Origin: a virus
Taxonomy: Duplodnaviria > Caudoviricetes
Direction: 5' to 3' (one strand)
Length of the DNA stretch: 50,754 bases
Virus record (IMG/VR): IMGVR_UViG_3300022309_000008
Span: 1-50,754 of that record
The position numbers and the translations under genes were made by a program. A model generated the notes under the pieces. That model saw only the letters and a program-made list of their open reading frames with translations. It was not told the DNA's origin and did no database searches. This document shows positions 34,832 to 43,846 of this stretch, one piece after another (the first letter of the stretch is position 1; every line of letters begins with the position of its first letter).

Positions 34832-34956
34832 CTTGTTTCGTCATGCATCGCATAGTAAATCATGCCGATAACGGCAACAAACACAGTCGCATTGCCTACA
34901 AGTAGTACGATTACCAGTAGGTCGGACCAGGTCTTAATCAGGATCGGAATTATCAT
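34828..34956 (-). CDS. Small single-TM membrane protein (42 aa, below the ORF-track cutoff)
   Basis: MIIPILIKTWSDLLVIVLLVGNATVFVAVIGMIYYAMHDETR*. Fills the gap exactly, with a GTGA overlap. Confidence 0.6.
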   Translation of the reverse strand: MIIPILIKTWSDLLVIVLLVGNATVFVAVIGMIYYAMHDETR

Positions 34957-34958
34957 AA

Positions 34959-36752
34959 CTAATTTCCTGGAATCATCGTTGGCGCTGGCTTTTCGTCGAA
35001 TCCCTCACCGTTTGGCGCTGATGGCAACAGGTATTCGATCGACCATTTCGCCGCCCATATCCTACAGCCATCCACAGTCCCCAACAATTGCTGCTCGAAT
35101 GTGCCGTCACCGATTCTCCCCATCGGTTCGACGCCGCCATACAACAGCAATTCTGGCCTCGGGACTTTATAGCCGACGCGAACCGCCGACCCTTCATAAA
35201 TCACGTGCCATTGGCTGTTGGTGATCTTATTTCGGATCGGGCGCTTCGCTTCTCCTGGAGAGCCAGCCAAGTTCAACTTCCCGTCGCTATCCAGCCGCAC
35301 TTCCGACGCCTTGACGTCGCTGGACCCGCCGAGGATGTAATGCTCGCTGGTGTTCGTGTCCTCCACTAGCGTGCATTTGCTCTCCCACTTGATCCAGCTT
35401 TCCGCTGGGTTGGGGCATTTCGTCGACAGCAACGCTGCATTTGGGCTCTCGGTGTTTTGCCCAGTCTGCGGGTCCAACAGCGATGGCGGTTGTCTCGCGT
35501 CGCACAACCCCACGACCGCATCCTCATAGGGCTGAAACATCAAATCCGCGTAGCCGCGCGGTCCCCATTGCTTCACCAACGATGCCCGGTACTCAGGCCA
35601 AGTCGAACCAGGAACAGGCAACCACAACCCCGACGCATCCAACAGCTTTGACAACGAACAGGCGAACAACCACGACATCGAAAACGACATGCCGCGACCG
35701 AATACCTCCTCCTCGATCGACATTGACGTAATCAGCACCGCCCCTTTTCGCAGCTCCCCGGATCCGCTTTCATACCGGTCGCCGGGGCTGACCAGTGCCG
35801 CCGCGTTGTTCCGCGCCCGGTCCATCCGCGACCGCACCACCCATAAGAACGCAGCCCAGGCGTACCACCGCGGGTAACCCATCGCCACCGTAAACGTGCC
35901 AGAACATGACGCTGACCATTGCGAAGTCGTCAAACCTGTCGCTGTTGATACCCGATAGGATACATCGGCTTCAACAATGCCTGGATACAACGGGTTGCTG
36001 CTCGGGTGCTCCTCATCCACGACGTTAAACGATAACCGCGACCGGTCAGGTGACATCGTGTAGCTTTGGCTCTTGCGCTGGAATCGGATCGGTACAGGAA
36101 ATGCCAACCGCTCCCGGATCTGATCCGCCGCATTTGCCACCACTCCCCTGACTACCTGTGCGTTTACACCCACTTCGCCAGATATAGTTCGGCTCGTCCT
36201 GCCGTCGCTCGACAGACCCCACATGACTTCATACGACAACCACGCGATTTTGTTGTACGCATACGGCGCACCGAACGGACAATCAACCACCACGACATCG
36301 ACTTCCCAGACTATGCGCACCGCGCGGTTGTCGCCGATCGGCTCCCACGCCATGACTGTCGGGTTGGGTCCGTACCTGACATCCTGATGCAGCCCGATGC
36401 CGAGTTGCCCCACTCGCAGATCCCACCCCAACCCCTTGTCAGTGAATACAAGGGCTCCCCGGGGCTGCGTCAACAGTTGCCGAAGCAAAACCATGCTTGG
36501 CGAACCGCCATTCGTCCCGTCCAGAGGTGACGCCTCTGGCAACTTGGCCTGGTATGACACCGACGCATTTGCGGGATCGGGTAACCCATTCCGGCTTTGA
36601 TCGACTCCGGCATACGCGACGAATTCCACCTGGATGGAATACCGGTTCCACATATTCGTCCGGCCAGTGGGGTCTTTTTCAGGCCGGATCTGAACTTTGG
36701 AATTGATAATCTCAGGGAACCAGAACCCGTTGTAGTACAGCGTGCCCGACAT
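34959..36752 (-). CDS. Putative tail protein (597 aa)
   Basis: Beta-rich, TAATG-coupled to the upstream tail gene. Confidence 0.55.
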   Translation of the reverse strand: MSGTLYYNGFWFPEIINSKVQIRPEKDPTGRTNMWNRYSIQVEFVAYAGVDQSRNGLPDPANASVSYQAKLPEASPLDGTNGGSPSMVLLRQLLTQPRGALVFTDKGLGWDLRVGQLGIGLHQDVRYGPNPTVMAWEPIGDNRAVRIVWEVDVVVVDCPFGAPYAYNKIAWLSYEVMWGLSSDGRTSRTISGEVGVNAQVVRGVVANAADQIRERLAFPVPIRFQRKSQSYTMSPDRSRLSFNVVDEEHPSSNPLYPGIVEADVSYRVSTATGLTTSQWSASCSGTFTVAMGYPRWYAWAAFLWVVRSRMDRARNNAAALVSPGDRYESGSGELRKGAVLITSMSIEEEVFGRGMSFSMSWLFACSLSKLLDASGLWLPVPGSTWPEYRASLVKQWGPRGYADLMFQPYEDAVVGLCDARQPPSLLDPQTGQNTESPNAALLSTKCPNPAESWIKWESKCTLVEDTNTSEHYILGGSSDVKASEVRLDSDGKLNLAGSPGEAKRPIRNKITNSQWHVIYEGSAVRVGYKVPRPELLLYGGVEPMGRIGDGTFEQQLLGTVDGCRIWAAKWSIEYLLPSAPNGEGFDEKPAPTMIPGN

Positions 36753-37657
36753 TAGTTTGCCCTCGGGTGCACTTGCTCACGGACTCGCGCGGGGTCCAAA
36801 AATCTTGCCAGCTCGCGATCAAATGGCGTATCTCCTTGCTCTTGCTCGGCCATCCATTTCCGAATCGCCCGCACGATAATGTTCAGCGGTCCGCCGACGG
36901 CATCAAGCACAGTGACGTCCAGTTGGCTCAGGATTTCGATCAGCTTGTTGACGCCGGTAAATTCCGCGATTGCTTCAAGCAGCTTCAACACATTCGCCAC
37001 ATCTTCCACCACTTCGGTCGCCAACTTGATTCCAGCTGTCAGAAATGGCGCCAACTCCCGAACAACGACTGTCCGGATGTCGTCCATCGCAGCCGCCAAG
37101 TCGCCTTGGGCAGCTACAATTGCCGCGAACTCTCCCTGTAACTCCAACGCTCTATCCCGCGTTCGTTCGATTTGCCGGACTTGGTTTTCCAGGGACTGTG
37201 CCGCGACCAGCGGGCTGAACTGTGCGGCTTCCTCCGCCACGCGCGCCGTTTCGATAAACGCCCGCCTGAGTATTTCCACAGGCGCGATCAATCCGGCCAA
37301 AGCAACTGCCGTTTCGCCAATTGCAACCCACGGAATGCCGCCGGAAGCCGCCGCCGCTCCACCAGCCGCACCGCCGCCGCCACCACCACCACCAGCGCCG
37401 GACGCCGCCGGTGCCGCTCCCGCATTTGCCCCAATGCGGGCCGCAGCCCGTGCCGCCCCTTCCGTATCGCCGGCCGCCAACCGCTCACGCCGCATCTCAT
37501 CGTACATGTCATCAAGAACGCTCCGCCGGGTCGCTCCCGCTTCGACCGCGCGCGATGCTTCTTCCGATCCAGTCGTTCCGGCCGCGGTGCCCGCTTGGCT
37601 GCCGCTCGGCTTGCCCTGGTCGGACAACTCGACTGATACGATGACTCGATCGTCCAT
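36752..37657 (-). CDS. Short tape-measure-like protein (301 aa)
   Basis: Ala/Gly-rich and helical with a hydrophobic segment. Follows the tail tube gene. Confidence 0.5.
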   Translation of the reverse strand: MDDRVIVSVELSDQGKPSGSQAGTAAGTTGSEEASRAVEAGATRRSVLDDMYDEMRRERLAAGDTEGAARAAARIGANAGAAPAASGAGGGGGGGGAAGGAAAASGGIPWVAIGETAVALAGLIAPVEILRRAFIETARVAEEAAQFSPLVAAQSLENQVRQIERTRDRALELQGEFAAIVAAQGDLAAAMDDIRTVVVRELAPFLTAGIKLATEVVEDVANVLKLLEAIAEFTGVNKLIEILSQLDVTVLDAVGGPLNIIVRAIRKWMAEQEQGDTPFDRELARFLDPARVREQVHPRAN

Positions 37658-37658
37658 G

Positions 37659-38138
37659 TCAGCTTACGGCAATGGAGTTGTACAGATAGGTCACGCCGGA
37701 CTCGACGAATGGCAAACACAACAGCTGCAACGGGACGTTTCTGTGCCGCGACCCATAAAGCAGACTCATTTCAAATCCCGGGGCCAAAATCGCTCGTTCC
37801 ATCCGCAGATATGTCGGAACCACGATTGTCGGGTCGATCGCCGTTGCTTCCAGCCGCTTCGCATAAGTCAACAGCCGATCCCCGACTTGGCCAATCCGCC
37901 CGAATGTGTTCGCGTATGGCCAAAACGCCTCCTGGGCAGCCGCCGCGTTGAATTCGTTAAGAATCAAGTCCACATACAGGTTGTGGCCTCGGAATACACC
38001 ATCCTGGATCGTGTCGCCAAGATTGTCTCCGACAATGGTGTCGACAGAATTCGAAAAACGCAGCCGCGGGGCATCATTCATGACCCCCAACGTAAACGAG
38101 TTGTAGGACCACGCATAAGGTCCAGAAATGTGAGCCAT
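37659..38138 (-). CDS. Putative tail tube protein
   Basis: 159 aa, ISGPY...LG...DNLGDTIQDGVFRG..V.LIL.EF; position after the neck genes. Confidence 0.6.
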   Translation of the reverse strand: MAHISGPYAWSYNSFTLGVMNDAPRLRFSNSVDTIVGDNLGDTIQDGVFRGHNLYVDLILNEFNAAAAQEAFWPYANTFGRIGQVGDRLLTYAKRLEATAIDPTIVVPTYLRMERAILAPGFEMSLLYGSRHRNVPLQLLCLPFVESGVTYLYNSIAVS

Positions 38139-38197
38139 ATTTCGGCCTCCCTGGTGAGCGGATGCAAGCCAGTTTAGACGACTGACCGCCGAGGTTT

Positions 38198-38734
38198 CTA
38201 CGGCAGGGGTGCCATGTAACGAAGTCGGCCAAAATTGACGAGCGATAGCAGGCCATTATTTCTCGCCGACGGAATCGCCGGATCCGCTTGCCAATGACTA
38301 GGTCCAACGAAGCGCGGTGCAGACATCGACAACATGACAGGCGGGTCATGCCACAACCCCGTCACACCCTCCAAGGCCAATGCCGCATTTGCCGCTTGTT
38401 TTATCTCGTACCGCCTTGCTCGCATGACGGTTACCACCGCCCACGCTGTATCGATGACGCCATACGACGCAACCGAATGGTCATACAACCGATCGTCCGG
38501 CGCCACCCCGGTACGTACGCTGACGGATACCCCAAACCCCATCAAATAATCTTGCCCCTCGTGCTCATCGGGACTCAACCCGGCACTTAACCCGCCAAAA
38601 TAGACCCCCAGAAACACTTCGCCGGCTCTCGCCTCCGCCGTTGTATCTGGTCTGCATTGGACTGACTCGCCCAAATCCAACCGAATCCGCAGCTCATCCC
38701 TTACAGCTTCCAGGTACGTTCGCACGATGTTCAT
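38198..38734 (-). CDS. Putative tail terminator / neck protein
   Basis: Position, size and alpha/beta pattern. Confidence 0.45.
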   Translation of the reverse strand: MNIVRTYLEAVRDELRIRLDLGESVQCRPDTTAEARAGEVFLGVYFGGLSAGLSPDEHEGQDYLMGFGVSVSVRTGVAPDDRLYDHSVASYGVIDTAWAVVTVMRARRYEIKQAANAALALEGVTGLWHDPPVMLSMSAPRFVGPSHWQADPAIPSARNNGLLSLVNFGRLRYMAPLP

Positions 38735-39429
38735 TCGAAATATTCCTGGATTCGTGGCCTGATGTCACGTAATGCCGCAACCGCCGCCCGTTTTACCCAC
38801 CGTAACATTTGCGGGTCCGTAAATATCGGCCGCATCTTATGGAACCAGTGGGCATATCGACGCCCTTTGTCGTTCTCGACCTCGGTCCCAATCACGATTT
38901 CATGGGCAGTCCGTTCCGCCACTTGGAATGGGCTCGATCTGCCGTAGTTATTGCCGGCAGCCGTGCCCGGTTGCAACGACTCCTCCAGCCTGTGCGTTTC
39001 GATTCCAATCGGCACCCTGTCCGCGGGACGGAACTGTGCGGCCCTCCAGGCCCACGCAGCGGCTCGCTGGCGAGCGCTAGCGGCATCCACGCCTTGCCGT
39101 ACCAACTCGGCTGTGAATCGCTCAGTCAACGTCCTGGAGCGTTCTGTAAGTCTGTCCGTCTGCCCCTTTAGCTTACCAGACTCCAGCCCCCGCACTTTCC
39201 TCTGGATTGTCTCCTCGGCCAATGGCTTCCAGACCTCGCCATCGTCGTCGGCCTCGCCGTCAGTCTTTTGCATGAATGAGACGTGCCATTGGTCGAAAAT
39301 CCCTCGGATAAGTGCCGCGCTGAACTCGCCGCCGATGTCGGTAGTCGTGTCCATCAAGTCGGTCCCGACTCGTTCCGCAACGAGTTTAACCCACTCAGCG
39401 CGACCGCCCGTTGTTAACCGGATCGGCAT
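38731..39429 (-). CDS. Virion morphogenesis protein (Mu gpG / P2 gpS-like)
   Basis: F....DG...G..WKPLAEETIQRK...ETHRLEESL...IGT....YAHWFH..RP. Confidence 0.7.
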   Translation of the reverse strand: MPIRLTTGGRAEWVKLVAERVGTDLMDTTTDIGGEFSAALIRGIFDQWHVSFMQKTDGEADDDGEVWKPLAEETIQRKVRGLESGKLKGQTDRLTERSRTLTERFTAELVRQGVDAASARQRAAAWAWRAAQFRPADRVPIGIETHRLEESLQPGTAAGNNYGRSSPFQVAERTAHEIVIGTEVENDKGRRYAHWFHKMRPIFTDPQMLRWVKRAAVAALRDIRPRIQEYFE

Positions 39430-39947
39430 TACCAGCCCCCGTCATAGAACCCGCCGCCTGGATATCCAACGTCGACGTCTTGTTGCGGGACATCGTCGCC
39501 GGCGGAAATGGTCGGCAGCACCTTCAGCTTTGCGACCTGGAACCGCCGATCGACAACCTGGGTCGATACTGTCGGGCCGTAATTCTCGGAATATGGCAGC
39601 GCCGGAACTTTCAGCTTGCCCCACCGGATTTCATCAAGCACCTTGGTCAGCTTCGCGATGGCATCCTCAAACTGCGCTGGGTTGCCACGCCGCTGGCTCA
39701 GCAAATGACATGCGTAAATGGACGCTTGCCGCCGGATCCACGAATTGCTAACCAAATCCGCTTCTGTGTAGTAGTATTGAACGTACATCAAAATCCAGTC
39801 CGTCGCTTCGTCAATTACATCCTCCCCATAGCTGTTCTCGGCTGAACTCAACGTGCCTGTTCGATCGTCGTCCAGCCTCCAGGTAATACCGGCCGACGAA
39901 AACACGGACTCGATCTCTGGAATGCTTGTGAATTGGTAGACGCTCAT
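39429..39947 (-). CDS. Head-tail connector (Mu gp36 / DUF1320-like)
   Basis: VIDEATDWILMYV...Y...IYAC.LL..RR...FEDAI..L..I..GKL. Confidence 0.7.
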   Translation of the reverse strand: MSVYQFTSIPEIESVFSSAGITWRLDDDRTGTLSSAENSYGEDVIDEATDWILMYVQYYYTEADLVSNSWIRRQASIYACHLLSQRRGNPAQFEDAIAKLTKVLDEIRWGKLKVPALPYSENYGPTVSTQVVDRRFQVAKLKVLPTISAGDDVPQQDVDVGYPGGGFYDGGW

Positions 39948-39962
39948 GGCACAACCCCCGCA

Positions 39963-40421
39963 TTAGAACCCAAATCCCTCGTCAAACCCCTCGTCAAACC
40001 CAGAAATGACAATCTCAAATCCCGCTGACGCTGTGGCCGCTGCTACTCCCGGGACCAACGTGTTTGGAATCGTCGGCGCAATGGCACTTGCCGACGCCAC
40101 AGCTTGACCCGTCGGGACAACCACGTCCATTGATACGGCAGACGCTGCCGTCATCCAGACCTCCATTTCCCAGGCTCCGCCCGGTTGTTCGGCTCCGATG
40201 TAGGCCGTCCGGCTGGTAAATATAGTCTGGCCCGTGTCGTATTCCGCGCCAATCACAATGCCGCCGCCCGCCACGATTTCCCCGTCCACGAATGACAGAC
40301 GAATTGGCAGTTGGTTTGCTCCCGTCCTCCTAAGAACAATGCGCCGGACGTCCACTGGCAACGTATACGCATATTGCGTGTTTGCCTCAGCGATTACTCC
40401 GCGGACGATTTCCCGGTGCAT
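39963..40421 (-). CDS. Virion protein with AVT-type repeat and GFDEGFDEGFGF tail (start probably 40421)
   Basis: GAGAGGGG RBS before MHREIVRG. The longer ORF overlaps the MCP gene and terminator. Confidence 0.6.
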   Translation of the reverse strand: MHREIVRGVIAEANTQYAYTLPVDVRRIVLRRTGANQLPIRLSFVDGEIVAGGGIVIGAEYDTGQTIFTSRTAYIGAEQPGGAWEMEVWMTAASAVSMDVVVPTGQAVASASAIAPTIPNTLVPGVAAATASAGFEIVISGFDEGFDEGFGF

Positions 40422-40436
40422 ACGGCCCCTCTCACT

Positions 40437-40479
40437 GCAAAACGGGGGGAACAACCAGTTGCCCGGCTGCCCCCCCCTG
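40437..40479 (-). terminator. Intrinsic terminator after the major capsid gene
   Basis: GGGGGGGGCAGCCGG-GCAA-CTGGTTGTTCCCCCC-GTTTT, with a GNRA loop and several G-U pairs that only form on the minus strand. Confidence 0.8.
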
Positions 40480-40509
40480 GCGAAGACGTCTGGAGTTCGC
40501 CTCAGCGGC

Positions 40510-41619
40510 TTATGCGTGAATGGTAGCGTAATACCATGCGGTTGGGACTTTGGGCGCCGCAATGCCGTTGTCCAGCATGTGCAGCAACACGTTTGCCGGC
40601 ATCGCTCGCTCAGTACGCCACCCGTATAGGCCATACTCCTCGTGGGGTGGGTCGAAGTCGTGATCCTTGACCAGCTCCGATCCGTTGCCCCACGACAACC
40701 ATTCGGGGTCAGGATCTGGCGTGAAAATGCACTTCCCGGAAGGGATGAACTTCGTGTAGCTGCCGTTGACGTTCAAGCCGCCGTCATACACGTGCCAGTT
40801 GATCCAGGGAATACCGCGGAGTGTGAAGGTCAGATCCGTGCTTTGCCGCCCGTCAGGTCGCACAACGCCGGTGGGACCAAAGTCGGTAAATACTTGGTTG
40901 CTGGATCCGCCGAGGTTAATGACCTCCGCGTTTTGCAACACATGGTATGCCCCGACTCCGTTTACCCACGCATGCCGGATCGGAAACCCGGACTGTTGCT
41001 CGCTGAACGCATTCAGGTCCAGAATCTCTTTCAAGATTTTTGCTGTTGCATGCGTTTGCCAGTCGCCAGCGAAAATGCCGCCAACTGTGCCCTGATTGCC
41101 GGCTGGGTGTTTGAAGTCAATGGCGATCGTTCCAGCCCCGCTTGCGACTGGAATCCAATCGTCCCCATCCGACAGGATGTCGAAGCCGCCCTTGAACATC
41201 GATGCGACGATGAACTCGCGCGCGTTGCGGAATCGTTCCCCGAGGGTCCGGATCTGACGAGCGATGTAGCTCTCGCCGGCAGTATCGACCACGCCGAAGG
41301 GGCTGCCGAGCGGTCGCATTCGGAAGATGCGGTCATACGACAGCGGGACAGTTTCCGCCGAACGATAGAACCGACCCGTAACCGTCCCGATGGTTTGTGG
41401 CGTTTTCTGGACGGGTGCCGTTCCTCGAGCGCGGCCGCTCGCGATGTTCCGCGTCCTGTCGTAGACATCCCAGCCAAAATTGGCGCCTCCGATGTCGTCC
41501 TCAAATCGCCCACCAGGGGACAGGCCGTAAAAGTCCTGGAATCGTGACAGGGGTGAAGCAGTGCGCGATACCACCGTCCGGATGAATACATTACTCGTAA
41601 GGGTTTCTAGGGTTGCCAT
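40510..41619 (-). CDS. Major capsid protein (lambda E / Mu-like HK97 fold)
   Basis: 369 aa after the protease and decoration genes; RNAREFIVASMFKG, IDFKHPA, WHVYDGG....KFIPSG. Confidence 0.8.
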   Translation of the reverse strand: MATLETLTSNVFIRTVVSRTASPLSRFQDFYGLSPGGRFEDDIGGANFGWDVYDRTRNIASGRARGTAPVQKTPQTIGTVTGRFYRSAETVPLSYDRIFRMRPLGSPFGVVDTAGESYIARQIRTLGERFRNAREFIVASMFKGGFDILSDGDDWIPVASGAGTIAIDFKHPAGNQGTVGGIFAGDWQTHATAKILKEILDLNAFSEQQSGFPIRHAWVNGVGAYHVLQNAEVINLGGSSNQVFTDFGPTGVVRPDGRQSTDLTFTLRGIPWINWHVYDGGLNVNGSYTKFIPSGKCIFTPDPDPEWLSWGNGSELVKDHDFDPPHEEYGLYGWRTERAMPANVLLHMLDNGIAAPKVPTAWYYATIHA

Positions 41620-41621
41620 AG

Positions 41622-41939
41622 TTATTTGACCTTTTTTGGCGGTTTCGCACTGGAACTAGGGATGCTCACGACTCGGTAACCGTTAGCACCCTCAGAAATG
41701 AAAATGTGCAGACCTTCTGGAATCGACGTCATGCCACCGATTACCGACCCGTCCGCACCGTTCGTTTGCACCAGCTTCGCCATCTGGTCGACAACTAATA
41801 GGGAAAAAACACAACCTTTAACCGACAATCCAGGCGGGAGTTGCACGTTAGCGCCGTTGCGGATGATCGATAACGAGCCATTGTGTCGCCCGAACAGCAA
41901 CACTTTCTCGCCACCGAATTCCTGAACCTTGCTGAACAT
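41622..41939 (-). CDS. Hypothetical protein
   Basis: 105 aa with an AAGGGGGAG RBS. Confidence 0.65.
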   Translation of the reverse strand: MFSKVQEFGGEKVLLFGRHNGSLSIIRNGANVQLPPGLSVKGCVFSLLVVDQMAKLVQTNGADGSVIGGMTSIPEGLHIFISEGANGYRVVSIPSSSAKPPKKVK

Positions 41940-41972
41940 GTCTCCCCCTTAACACCTGGCCAACTGCGACGA

Positions 41973-42452
41973 TTACGGCTCTTGCCAAAAATCGTCCAAA
42001 ATGAACCGCTTGTCGTGCATCTGACTACGGATAGTTGCTTCGTTTCCGTCGCCGTTGATCCCAGGGGATGCGTTGCCAGGAACAATCAACCCCGCGGACT
42101 TGACGCATCCACCGATCAGCATGTAGCCGAACCACCGGTCTTGATTCGCAGCGTCCCGTTGGGTGTCGACTGCGTACAGCAACACGGCTTTGATGTCCTC
42201 CAACCCCACCCCGCCGACGTCCCCTGGCACCCACTGTTGCCATTTCTTTGTCGTGGTGTTTGCGGTCATCAACAGACCCGGCCGCAACACTGTGGTGGGG
42301 CTGTTGCCGGCATCCCGGGCTGCGCCATTCAGTAAGTATCCGCGGATGAAATATCGGGCGTACTCCCACGGTCCGCTGATAATGTTTGACTCGACGGACT
42401 CCCGGATGTCGTCGATCCCCGGTAGGGCTGCAAAATGTTCTGTAAACGCCAT
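41973..42452 (-). CDS. Putative head decoration protein
   Basis: GAARDAGNSPTTVLRPGLLM...W.Q, located between the protease and MCP genes. Confidence 0.65.
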   Translation of the reverse strand: MAFTEHFAALPGIDDIRESVESNIISGPWEYARYFIRGYLLNGAARDAGNSPTTVLRPGLLMTANTTTKKWQQWVPGDVGGVGLEDIKAVLLYAVDTQRDAANQDRWFGYMLIGGCVKSAGLIVPGNASPGINGDGNEATIRSQMHDKRFILDDFWQEP

Positions 42453-42510
42453 GATTTTATCTCCGACAATGTGTTATGGATCGACGACGTACGCCCCGGC
42501 TTCGCCAATG

Positions 42511-43722
42511 CTAAATAAGGCCAGCCGCGGCCAATACCCGGTCAGCTTCTTTGACAAGCTCATCCGTCGGCAGTTGCTCACCAGGTTGTTTGCCGGGCTG
42601 CACGACTTGATATTGCGGCCCCATCGCGACCGGTGCAGTCAACACCGAATGGTCAGGCAACGCTTCCCACGCGGACAGGACAGCCTCCAGGACGGGTGAA
42701 TCAGGGACGCCAGCGGCGCTTAACGCGATTGGCGCCTTTTCGACTTGGTCTGCCAGGAACTTATCGGCAATCGCCTTCGTCACCTTCCCATTCGCGACGC
42801 ATTTTGCGACTCGATCCCTGAACGTTTGCCGCTTGGCGGAATTGGCAAATGCCAGCTCCGCCGATTGCTCTGGCGTCAATTCTGCCGGCTTCGGCTTCTG
42901 TGCCTCAAACAAGATGCGCAACTCCGCATCCGTGTAGGGTTTTCCATGGTCCGTTGCCGCCGTACCGGTCAGCAACGACATCGCGAACGCTTCGAATGTC
43001 GGGTAACTCATGACTACTGCGGCGGGCTTCGCCGGCTTGGACCCCTGCGGGGCCTCGTCGTCGTCGCCGCCTTCCTCCATTTTCTTTGTGGACTTGATGG
43101 CCATTAGCGCCGTCCCCAACCGGTCCATGAAATTCATATCGGTCGTGTCCGGCGGCAGCTCAATGCCTAAGTCTGCCAGAAGCCCCAGCACAGTATCAAG
43201 TGTCAGCAACACCCCGCGGTCATTTGGCTTTTGCGGTCCACCGGGTGAATCGGCCGACATCGACAACGCGATAGCCGCATCCGCCGGTATGAACCGTTTC
43301 TGCTTGTTCATGATCGGTTGGGTGACCAACGCGATGTGGGTGATGGCATCCTCAAACTTGTTTCCGGATCCATCCTCAACCAGCCGTGGCGCAAACAGAC
43401 TGACCTCCCGGATCTTATTGACCGTCTCGACCGGAAGTTCAGCCACGCCGTACAACGTGCCGTCCGCTGCTATTTCTAGCTGCTCCCAATAGCCCTGATT
43501 GTGAATTGCTTCCGGCGGGGCTTCGTCGACGCGTACCGGCTTTGCGTCATTGAAATGCCCTATCGGGGCCAATACCTGATTTCCGGCCGCCCGGTATTTG
43601 TCGAATGTGTCCTTCCATCGCCGGATCCTGTCCGCCGTGATTTCGATGTCATACCGCTTGCCGTCCGGTCCCATTGGCCGGTATTTCCCCGGGCGAATAA
43701 TGTCTTTGATGTATTTGGGCAT
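42511..43722 (-). CDS. Mu-like prohead protease / scaffold
   Basis: KDIIRPGKY, APIGH, GY...LE....LY, VS, ITHIALVTQP, followed by a helical scaffold region. Confidence 0.8.
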   Translation of the reverse strand: MPKYIKDIIRPGKYRPMGPDGKRYDIEITADRIRRWKDTFDKYRAAGNQVLAPIGHFNDAKPVRVDEAPPEAIHNQGYWEQLEIAADGTLYGVAELPVETVNKIREVSLFAPRLVEDGSGNKFEDAITHIALVTQPIMNKQKRFIPADAAIALSMSADSPGGPQKPNDRGVLLTLDTVLGLLADLGIELPPDTTDMNFMDRLGTALMAIKSTKKMEEGGDDDEAPQGSKPAKPAAVVMSYPTFEAFAMSLLTGTAATDHGKPYTDAELRILFEAQKPKPAELTPEQSAELAFANSAKRQTFRDRVAKCVANGKVTKAIADKFLADQVEKAPIALSAAGVPDSPVLEAVLSAWEALPDHSVLTAPVAMGPQYQVVQPGKQPGEQLPTDELVKEADRVLAAAGLI

Positions 43723-43765
43723 TTTTGTCCATTCCCCCGCAAAGGTTTTGAATCCCGCACCTGTG

Positions 43766-43795
43766 AGCGTAGCACAGCTGGAAACCAGCTATCAA
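43766..43795 (-). promoter_or_regulatory. Putative late promoter L2 with inverted repeat
   Basis: TTGATAGCTGGTTTCCAGCTGTGCTACGCT, containing the AGCTGG-N3-CCAGCT palindrome. Confidence 0.55.
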
Positions 43796-43846
43796 CACCT
43801 GCTAACCTGACCGAGACAACTCATTCACCAGACGGGAGCGCCCCAC

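Noticed and set aside
36879-38177. 432-aa plus-strand ORF (and similar antisense ORFs such as 40642-41547 and 5926-6732)
   Set aside because: Shadows of well-supported minus-strand genes in GC-rich DNA, with no recognisable motifs.
33062-43722. Transposable Mu-like phage
   Set aside because: The head and neck proteins are Mu-like, but there is no MuA/MuB or host-DNA ends, and replication is initiator/iteron-based.
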